A stretch of 32,000 bases of DNA from Prochlorococcus marinus str. NATL2A (lineage in GTDB: Bacteria; Cyanobacteriota; Cyanobacteriia; PCC-6307; Cyanobiaceae), in the NCBI RefSeq assembly GCF_000012465.1, contig NC_007335.2:570001-602000 (forward strand), read 5' to 3'. A model generated the notes under the pieces. That model did not search any database and was not told where the DNA came from. It was given only the letters and a program-made list of their open reading frames with translations. Below, one piece after another: positions 18,812 to 25,855 of this stretch (position 1 is its first letter; the number at the start of each line of letters is the position of its first letter). The translations under genes were made by a program, and so were the position numbers.

Positions 18812-19360
18812 TTATCCTTGCTCGCTTGTATTTGTGGAATCATCTTCATTTGAACTTGCTTTTGTTGCTTCATCATTATCTTTTTCTGCATGATCTTGAG
18901 CAAGATTGTTTGCTTGATCAGTATCAGCTACCTCTTGTTCTTTAACTGGCTTTTCTGGTCTTGCAAAAGGGTTAGGCTTTGTGTTGGCTGAGTTGTTATT
19001 TTCACCGTTATAGTTTCCCCTGTTACCCCTGCCTCTTCTTTGTTCATTGGCGGGCGCTTGGGACCTATATTCGTTGACTAAATTTTCAAGATTTCCATCT
19101 TCAAGCATTTGGGCAAGAGTTCTTACTGCGAAACCTAAAACAGCAACAGTAGAACGAAGATTAAAGGCTTCTTGTAATGATCTAGCTGCTCGCATTTCAT
19201 TATCACTTAAGCGAATACGAAAGCCTCCCTCTCTATTGTTAGGACCTCGGCCACCTCTGAAATTATTACGACCATTTTGTCTTTGGTTTTGGAAATCGCC
19301 ACCACCGGACTGATTATTGGTGTAAGAGTCACCCATGAACATATTTGCCAATAGGGGCAA
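18812..19360 (-). CDS. Hypothetical RGG-rich protein with a possible ribbon-helix-helix-like core and an acidic C-terminal tail
   Basis: 182-aa ORF from a TTG start. The more likely starts are ATG at complement 19340-19342 or 19334-19336 (MFMGDSY / MGDSY). Its TAA (18812-18814) directly abuts the trpS GTG. The sequence has low-complexity RGG stretches flanking a predicted folded segment, FRIRLSDNEMRAARSLQEAFNLRSTVAVLGFAVRTLAQMLEDG. No family recognised. Confidence 0.6.
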   Translation of the reverse strand: MPLLANMFMGDSYTNNQSGGGDFQNQRQNGRNNFRGGRGPNNREGGFRIRLSDNEMRAARSLQEAFNLRSTVAVLGFAVRTLAQMLEDGNLENLVNEYRSQAPANEQRRGRGNRGNYNGENNNSANTKPNPFARPEKPVKEQEVADTDQANNLAQDHAEKDNDEATKASSNEDDSTNTSEQG

Positions 19361-19572
19361 GTGTGACGCATAGCCGGTACTTTTGCGACATATTTGGATA
19401 TCTTGATTAGCACTTTCACATCTAATGATATTGATCCCAGCGGAATGATTTGATTTCTTTAGGCATAAATTTTTCTTATTAAAAACGTAAAACCTTCTTT
19501 CTTTGCGGTTATTAAGGGAAAATTTGCTTTAAAATGAAAGTTAGCTAAGAAGAAACTGTATTTATTGAAATC

Positions 19573-20928
19573 GTGGAAAATCATTCATTAACAAAATCTC
19601 CTCTCTCCTTACCTTCTTTTTCGATTCCAAAAATTAGTCTTTTTATTGGGCTAACTATTACAGGTCAATGGGTTTTAAGTGATGTGGCCCATATCCCTGG
19701 GGGTGGACTTGGATTGCTATTAGGACTTGGTTGTATTTTTTATTTTCTAAAACCAGGAAAGGTTTCATTTGATGCTCCCTCTACTGTTCAAGGATGGGTA
19801 AGAAGATGTCATGACGTTTTAGAGAATTTTGAGTACTTACTTGATGATGGAGAGCAAAGTGAAAGAAAAAAAGAAAGAATAAATTCCTTGCAAAAAATTA
19901 TTGATAGAAGCGAAGATCAAAGCATTGGTTTCTTGAAAACAAAAGGCGTAAAATTACCTGATAAAGAGCAATTGGAAAAAGTTTTAGGAATAAATAATCA
20001 AATAAAAGTTTCTTTTCCACCAGCTCTTCCTGTAAGAGATCGAAATTGGATTTTGCCAGATTTAATCCAAGAGCAAGATTTTATTGTTTATTCTTTGGCA
20101 CTTCCCATGAGCGCAGCTGATCTTTTGTGGATTAAAAATATCCCTACAGATCAACCAGCCTGGCTAATGGTTGCCAGTAAAGAATCTACTGATTGGTCTG
20201 ATGAGCGAAATGCATTAGAGGCTCAATTACCAGATAGATGGACTAACAGAGTATTGAAATGGGATGGATCTCAAAAAGAAATGGCAACGGTTCTTTCTCC
20301 AATCAAGAAACTTCTTGAAAATCCAAAGAAGAATACAGACATTACTAAACAAAGACTTTTGTCTCGATTGCATACTTCTTGGCAAAAAGATTTAGAAAAA
20401 TTAAGAAGAGAAAAATTCAAGGTTATTCAAACAAGATCTCAGTGGATAGTTGCTGGTATCGTTTTCGCCTCCCCTGTAGCCTCAACTGATTTGCTTGCAG
20501 TTGCAGTGGTTAATGGCTTGATGATCAAAGAAATGTCGAAAATATGGTCTTCCAAAATGAAGCCAGAATTACTTGAGGCAGTCTCACGACAACTAGCAAT
20601 GGCTGCAATTGCTCAAGGAGTGGTCGAATGGAGTGGACAGTCCTTGTTGAGCTTGGCAAAGCTTGATGGCTCCTCTTGGGTTGCTGCTGGAACAATTCAG
20701 GCCTTGAGTGCTGCTTATTTAACAAGAGTTGTTGGGAGATCGATGGCTGATTGGATGGCTCTCAATAATGGAGTAACTCAACCTGATTTAGAACTTATTA
20801 AGCAACAAGCTCCTCAACTAGTATCAAAAGCTGCTGAGCTAGAAAGAGTTGATTGGGTGGCTTTTTTAAAGCAATCAAAAGAATGGATTCAGTCTCAATC
20901 TATTAATTACAAAGTTAAATCCGTTTAA
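19573..20928 (+). CDS. Membrane protein with C-terminal DUF697-type domain
   Basis: 451-aa ORF with a GTG start. There is no in-frame ATG for about 175 codons. It has N-terminal hydrophobic segments (ISLFIGLTITGQWVL, GGGLGLLLGLGCIFYFL). The C-terminal segment WIVAGIVFASPVASTDLLAVAVVNGLMIKEMSKIWS resembles DUF697 (YcjF-like). Confidence 0.7.
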   Translation: MENHSLTKSPLSLPSFSIPKISLFIGLTITGQWVLSDVAHIPGGGLGLLLGLGCIFYFLKPGKVSFDAPSTVQGWVRRCHDVLENFEYLLDDGEQSERKKERINSLQKIIDRSEDQSIGFLKTKGVKLPDKEQLEKVLGINNQIKVSFPPALPVRDRNWILPDLIQEQDFIVYSLALPMSAADLLWIKNIPTDQPAWLMVASKESTDWSDERNALEAQLPDRWTNRVLKWDGSQKEMATVLSPIKKLLENPKKNTDITKQRLLSRLHTSWQKDLEKLRREKFKVIQTRSQWIVAGIVFASPVASTDLLAVAVVNGLMIKEMSKIWSSKMKPELLEAVSRQLAMAAIAQGVVEWSGQSLLSLAKLDGSSWVAAGTIQALSAAYLTRVVGRSMADWMALNNGVTQPDLELIKQQAPQLVSKAAELERVDWVAFLKQSKEWIQSQSINYKVKSV

Positions 20929-21002
20929 GTTTATAGCTTTTCTTCTGGGATCTCTTTGACTTATATTTAGATAAAACATTAATATTTTCTAATTTCAAAT
21001 AT

Positions 21003-21968
21003 ATGTTTAATAAAAAGGTTATTTCTGAGTATATTTATAAGAAAAATAAGATACTTAGTTTATCTATTTTCCTTGCTTTAAATATTTTATTCCTGACAGG
21101 ATGTGTAAATAAAAACACCTATAAGCCAGGCAATGATAAGCCTTTCGTTTTAACTACTTTTACAATTTTGGCCGATCTTGCAAGAAATGTTGCTGGGGAT
21201 AGACTTTTAGTTAAATCAATAACGAAACCAGGAGCAGAAATCCATAGTTATCAATTTACACCTAGTGATATTGTGAAAACTAAAGGAGCAAAACTGATTA
21301 TTGAAAATGGTTTAGGCCTTGAAGCTTGGTTTTCGAAATTTATGATTAGCACGGGTGATATTCCTAATGTGAAATTAACTGAAGGAATGAAGCCATTATT
21401 GATAGATGGAGATGCTTATTCAGGAAAACCAAATCCTCATGCTTGGATGTCGCCAAAAAGAGCTATGAAATATGTAGATAAAATCGTCGATGCTTTTATC
21501 ACAATTGATCCTGATGGAGCTCTTGAATACTCATCTAACGCTTCAACCTATAAAGCTAAACTTGAATCGCTTGATAAAGAGCTAAGAGATTCTTTATCCT
21601 CTATTCCTAAAGAAAGAAGATTTTTGGTGACATGTGAAGGAGCCTTTACTTATCTGGCCCGTGATTACGGAATGAAAGAGGCGTATTTGTGGCCAGTTAA
21701 TGCTGAAAGTCAAGTAACCCCTAGGAGAATGGTGAACCTAATAAAAAAAATCAAAGAAAATGAAGTCCCAACAATTTTTTGTGAAAGTACTGTGAGTGCA
21801 GACGCACAAATGGAAGTTGCGAAATCAAGCGGAGCTGTTTTTGGTGGGACCTTCTACGTTGATTCACTCTCAGATCTAAATGGTCCTGCTCCTACCTATA
21901 TAGATTTACTAAGGCACAATGTTCGATTAATTACTAAGGGCCTATCCATTTCAAAAGTGAAAAAATAA
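21003..21968 (+). CDS. mntC: Mn(II) ABC transporter substrate-binding lipoprotein (TroA/cluster-9 family)
   Basis: 321-aa ORF with a signal peptide and lipobox (LFLTGC). Metal-ligand contexts are EIHSYQFTP, PNPHAWMSP, VTCEGAF and YVDSLS. It lacks the His-rich loop of ZnuA. It has a Cys pair 49 residues apart, as in Synechocystis MntC. Confidence 0.85.
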   Translation: MFNKKVISEYIYKKNKILSLSIFLALNILFLTGCVNKNTYKPGNDKPFVLTTFTILADLARNVAGDRLLVKSITKPGAEIHSYQFTPSDIVKTKGAKLIIENGLGLEAWFSKFMISTGDIPNVKLTEGMKPLLIDGDAYSGKPNPHAWMSPKRAMKYVDKIVDAFITIDPDGALEYSSNASTYKAKLESLDKELRDSLSSIPKERRFLVTCEGAFTYLARDYGMKEAYLWPVNAESQVTPRRMVNLIKKIKENEVPTIFCESTVSADAQMEVAKSSGAVFGGTFYVDSLSDLNGPAPTYIDLLRHNVRLITKGLSISKVKK

Positions 21969-22765
21969 TGAACCCAATTTTTAAAAGCCATGAGAAAGAT
22001 TTTATGCGTATTGAGGCAGACCAAGTTTGTGTTGACTACAACGGTACAGTTGCTCTCTATGACGCAAGTTTAAATTTAAAAGCTGGATCTATATGTGGCC
22101 TTGTGGGCATGAATGGCGCAGGAAAATCAACTTTTTTCAAGGCTCTGATGGGTTTTGTTAGACCTTCAAGGGGGAAAATTAGGATCAATGGTATAAAGGT
22201 TAATCAAGCCCAGAAGGAACAATCAGTTGCATATGTTCCACAAAATGAAGGAATAGATTATTCATTTCCAGTGAGTGTTTGGGATGTTGTGATGATGGGC
22301 CGATATGGTGCTATGAATATTTTTCGAATACCAAGAGAGTCAGATAGAAGAGCAGTTGTTCATGCTCTTGAGAGAGTTGATCTTTTTGATCTCAGAGAAA
22401 GACCAATAGGATCTTTATCTGGAGGGCAACGCAAAAGAGCTTTTCTTGCAAGAGCAATTGCTCAACGGGCATCAGTACTTCTATTAGACGAGCCTTTTTC
22501 TGGAGTTGATGTACCCACTGAAAAGCTTATGGCTGAGCTATTTCTTCAGTTTCGACAAGAAGGGCATACTATTTTGATATCCACTCATGATTTGAATCAT
22601 GTGCGAGATTTTTGTGATTTTGTTGTCCTTATCAATAAGACAGTTCTTGCGTATGGTGAAACCTCGGAGGTCTTTACTTCAGAAAATCTAAATAAAACAT
22701 TTGGAGGAATCCCACCAAACCCTTTATCAGGTCCAACGTCAAGTAAAGATTTTATAAATGAGTGA
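21968..22765 (+). CDS. mntA: Mn ABC transporter ATP-binding protein
   Basis: 265-aa ORF with a TAATG overlap with mntC. It has Walker A (GMNGAGKST), the signature motif (LSGGQRKR) and Walker B (LLLDEP). Confidence 0.85.
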   Translation: MNPIFKSHEKDFMRIEADQVCVDYNGTVALYDASLNLKAGSICGLVGMNGAGKSTFFKALMGFVRPSRGKIRINGIKVNQAQKEQSVAYVPQNEGIDYSFPVSVWDVVMMGRYGAMNIFRIPRESDRRAVVHALERVDLFDLRERPIGSLSGGQRKRAFLARAIAQRASVLLLDEPFSGVDVPTEKLMAELFLQFRQEGHTILISTHDLNHVRDFCDFVVLINKTVLAYGETSEVFTSENLNKTFGGIPPNPLSGPTSSKDFINE

Positions 22766-23630
22766 ATTTCTAATTTCCATTACGCCAATTGATTGGCTAT
22801 TGGATCCATTAACTCATGACTTCATGAGAAGAGCTTTAATGGTTAGCGCACTAGTGGGAGGGGTTTGCGGACTTTTATCTTGTTATATGACATTAAAAGG
22901 TTGGGCATTAATGGGTGACGCGGTTTCTCATGCGGTTATGCCTGGAGTAGTTGTTGCTTATGCATTAGGGCTCCCTTTTTCCTTATGTGCTTTTGTTTTT
23001 GGCGTTGGTTCAGTTGCTTTGATTGGATTTGTTAAACAGAAATCTAGAATCAAGGAAGATACAGTAATAGGACTTGTTTTTACTGGCTTTTTTGCATTAG
23101 GCCTTGTATTGGTTTCAAAAATAAAAAGTAATATTGATCTAATGCAAATACTTTTTGGAAGCCCTCTTGGTATTTCTCGTTCAGATGTTAACCAGACTTT
23201 AATAATTTCGTTTATTGTTATATCTATTTTGCTTATATTTAGAAAAGATTTAATGCTTTATTGTTTTGATGCTAAGCATGCTAGATCTATAGGAATAAAT
23301 ACAGGCATTCTTCATTATTTATTATTAACTTTATTGTCATTATCTGCAGTAGTAGGATTGCAAACGGTAGGTATTATTCTTGTAGTAGCAATGTTAATAA
23401 CTCCTGGTGCAACGGCATATTTACTCACAGATCGTTTTGATAGAATGACGATATTAGCAGTAATTAGCAGTTCTTTCTCAAGTATTTTAGGAGTTTATAT
23501 AAGTTATTGGTCAGATATTGAAACAGGAGGATCTATTGTTTTAGTGCAAACATTAATCTTTTTAATAGCTTTCTTATTCGCTCCAAGATATGGAATATTT
23601 AAAAACCAAACTCTTATAAATAATGATTAA
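22758..23630 (+). CDS. mntB: Mn ABC transporter permease (ABC-3 family)
   Basis: 290-aa polytopic ORF with an 8-nt overlap (ATGAGTGA) with mntA. The sequence is typical of ABC-3 / TroCD-like permeases (GDAVSHAVMPGVVVAY). Confidence 0.85.
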   Translation: MSEFLISITPIDWLLDPLTHDFMRRALMVSALVGGVCGLLSCYMTLKGWALMGDAVSHAVMPGVVVAYALGLPFSLCAFVFGVGSVALIGFVKQKSRIKEDTVIGLVFTGFFALGLVLVSKIKSNIDLMQILFGSPLGISRSDVNQTLIISFIVISILLIFRKDLMLYCFDAKHARSIGINTGILHYLLLTLLSLSAVVGLQTVGIILVVAMLITPGATAYLLTDRFDRMTILAVISSSFSSILGVYISYWSDIETGGSIVLVQTLIFLIAFLFAPRYGIFKNQTLINND

Positions 23631-23642
23631 TTTAATAGAACT

Positions 23643-24821
23643 ATGAACAACTCAGCTTCCGAACAAAAATGGAAATGGTGGCCACTCTTACCTCTTTACC
23701 CTTACGGAAGAAGACGAACAATATTTCGTGAATTAGTCCCTAATCAAATATGGAGTTTTGAGCAACTTCAAGGTATCTATTATGTTGCCGTGCCAGTGAG
23801 GTTGTTAGTCATAAGAGTAAAAAATGAATTAATGATAATTAATCCTCTCCCTCCAACCAGTGAATTACTAAAAGAAATAGACCTACTTCAAAAAAAAATA
23901 GGACCAGTAAAAACTATTGTTTTGCCTACGGCTTCTGGCTTAGAACACAAAATCGGACTTCCTGCTTTGGCTAGAGCTTTTCCTAATGCAAAAATATGGT
24001 TATGTCCTGGGCAATGGAGTTTTCCTTTTCAATTGCCTTTTGATTGGCTAGGAATTCCATCTAATAGAACAAATATTTTATTGGCTGATGGATTTCCACA
24101 TGGTGATGATTGTGAATGGATTTCTTTAGGACCTATTGATATTGGTCTCGCACGTTTTCAAGAGATTTCTTGTTTTCACAAACCAACAAAATCTTTATTG
24201 GTAACTGATGCTCTGGTAGGTATCGAGGCCACCCCTCCTGAGCTCTTTAATTTAGATCCAACTCCGTTGTTGTTTCATTCTAGAGAGAAAGGCTCCGAGG
24301 AACTTATTGATTCACCTATTGCTAGAAGGAAAGGATGGCTTCGATTAGTTCTTTTCGCTTCTTACCTCAAACCTGAAAAGTTGGAGATACCAAAAATAAA
24401 AGAGATTCTTGAAAACTCTTTTAAGCCAAAGATGAGAAACAAAAGATCACATTTCGGAATCTATCCTTTTGCTTGGCAGGAGGGTTGGGATCTGTCTGCG
24501 AAAAAACTTGTTGGAGAAAAGACTCCCCTAATACAAATCGCTCCAGTAATAGAAAGATTAGTTTTCCCTAGAGGAAAAAAAGCTTTTATCTCTTGGTTGA
24601 ATAAAATTGAGTCTTTAAAAGGGATTTCTTTTCTGATTTCTGCCCATTACAGTGGAAAAGTGAGATTCACTACAAATGAAATAAGAGCTTTAAAAGTTAA
24701 AATTGATAATTCAAATTGGGAAAAAACCCAAGGAGATTTTAAGTTTTTAAGTTGGTTCGATCAAAAATTATTAAATTTTGGAATAGTTCCTAAAAATCCA
24801 CTTAAAAAATTCAGCGATTAA
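23643..24821 (+). CDS. Conserved hypothetical protein, DUF4336-like (metallo-beta-lactamase-fold superfamily, cyanobacteria/plant family)
   Basis: 392-aa ORF starting 12 nt after mntB. The N-terminal pattern WWPLLPLYPYGRRRTIFRELVPNQIWSFEQLQGIYYVAVPVRLLVIR and ...CFHKPTKSLLVTDALV match my recollection of DUF4336. Not verified by search. Confidence 0.7.
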   Translation: MNNSASEQKWKWWPLLPLYPYGRRRTIFRELVPNQIWSFEQLQGIYYVAVPVRLLVIRVKNELMIINPLPPTSELLKEIDLLQKKIGPVKTIVLPTASGLEHKIGLPALARAFPNAKIWLCPGQWSFPFQLPFDWLGIPSNRTNILLADGFPHGDDCEWISLGPIDIGLARFQEISCFHKPTKSLLVTDALVGIEATPPELFNLDPTPLLFHSREKGSEELIDSPIARRKGWLRLVLFASYLKPEKLEIPKIKEILENSFKPKMRNKRSHFGIYPFAWQEGWDLSAKKLVGEKTPLIQIAPVIERLVFPRGKKAFISWLNKIESLKGISFLISAHYSGKVRFTTNEIRALKVKIDNSNWEKTQGDFKFLSWFDQKLLNFGIVPKNPLKKFSD

Positions 24822-25183
24822 ATTTTATCTGGGTCAACAGACATCTCTTCGTCGGATAAAAGAGTTTCTTCTAATTGTTTCCTTTGTTCCATCTGTCTTA
24901 AGAAATAACCTGTCATCATTGCAGAGGCTAATAAACTTGCCAAATTATCTTTGCTGGAGGTTACTTTTACCTCAAATTGCTCCCCAGGAAGCATTCCTAG
25001 CAAACCTTGTACATTGTGTCTGATTATTTCTTGAATCTCAGGACTTGCGGACTTTGCAACTCTCTGGAGAACATCTGCCGGTTGATCTTGTAAATATTGG
25101 ATTAAAGCATTGGCTTCGTGACCTTCATTATTGTCTGTAGCTAAAAATTCAGGATTAAACATCCAGTTTTTTTCTATGTACAA
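24818..25183 (-). CDS. Conserved hypothetical protein, DUF760-like
   Basis: 121-aa ORF from a TTG start. The alternative ATG at complement 25160-25162 gives 114 aa (MFNPEF...). The segment LIQYLQDQPADVLQRVAKSASPEIQEIIRHNVQGLLGMLP...LASLLASAMMTGYFLRQMEQR resembles DUF760 (plant At3g17800-like). Confidence 0.7.
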   Translation of the reverse strand: MYIEKNWMFNPEFLATDNNEGHEANALIQYLQDQPADVLQRVAKSASPEIQEIIRHNVQGLLGMLPGEQFEVKVTSSKDNLASLLASAMMTGYFLRQMEQRKQLEETLLSDEEMSVDPDKI

Positions 25184-25225
25184 TTACATTATCGCAAAAT
25201 GTACACTAAAAAAAATTAATTTAGG

Positions 25226-25792
25226 TTATGGGAACCGAATAGGCCCTATTTTTTTTAATGGCCAGTACCTTGCAAGCGCCGTACCTATAAGATTTTTTTC
25301 TGGGAGAGCTCCCCAGATATGAGAGTCTAAACTGTTATTTCGGTTGTCTCCTAAGACCCAAAGTGAATATTCAGGTACATTTATTGCGTCCATTTCATAT
25401 TGGATAGGTTCTTTAATCCAAGGTTCATTTATTTCTTTTCCATTTCTATATAGTTTCCCATCAGTTACTTCTATTTTGTCTCCAGGTAAGCCAACGACTC
25501 TTTTAATTAGCGCTGAACCATCACTGTAACCTGCTTCTGTAAGAATTTTGGGAGGTTTGAAAATAACAATCGTGTTTAAATTTAAATGTTTATTTAGTTT
25601 ATTATTAAGTCTTGGGGTTATTTTTTCTATCAATATTCTGTCTTGAATTTGCAAAGTTGGAATCATTGATCCAGATGGAATCCATCTAGGTTCAACTGCT
25701 TGCCATCTTAATAAAAGCGCAATTAATATCCAAACCAACAATCCTTTCCAGCTATTTTGGTTTTGATTCTTTTTTGATCCAGTAGATGTCAT
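25226..25792 (-). CDS. lepB: Signal peptidase I
   Basis: 188-aa ORF with an N-terminal TM segment. It has the catalytic Ser box IPSGSMIPTL, the Lys box IKRVVGLPGD and box E GDNRNNSLDSH. Confidence 0.9.
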   Translation of the reverse strand: MTSTGSKKNQNQNSWKGLLVWILIALLLRWQAVEPRWIPSGSMIPTLQIQDRILIEKITPRLNNKLNKHLNLNTIVIFKPPKILTEAGYSDGSALIKRVVGLPGDKIEVTDGKLYRNGKEINEPWIKEPIQYEMDAINVPEYSLWVLGDNRNNSLDSHIWGALPEKNLIGTALARYWPLKKIGPIRFP

Positions 25793-25855
25793 GAATTTTC
25801 TTTGTTTTAGTTACTTGTTGGAAAGTTTTTTACAAAAATCCAAGTAGTTGTTCTT

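Noticed and set aside
19207-19419. A 70-aa minus-strand ORF (GTG start) overlaps the 5' end of the RGG-protein gene in another frame and extends into the intergenic gap. It could be an upstream or overlapping regulatory ORF.
   Set aside because: It has no recognisable motif or start context, and the product looks arbitrary. The overlap is explained by the low stop-codon content of the repetitive G-rich RGG coding region. Ribosome profiling would be needed to revive it.
25177-25204. Two copies of the self-complementary hexamer TGTACA (25177-25182 and 25199-25204) flank the predicted TTG start of the DUF760 gene. They could pair and occlude the start.
   Set aside because: The stem is only 6 bp with a 16-nt loop. 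The real start is probably the downstream ATG (complement of 25160-25162), which the structure would not cover. The evidence is insufficient.
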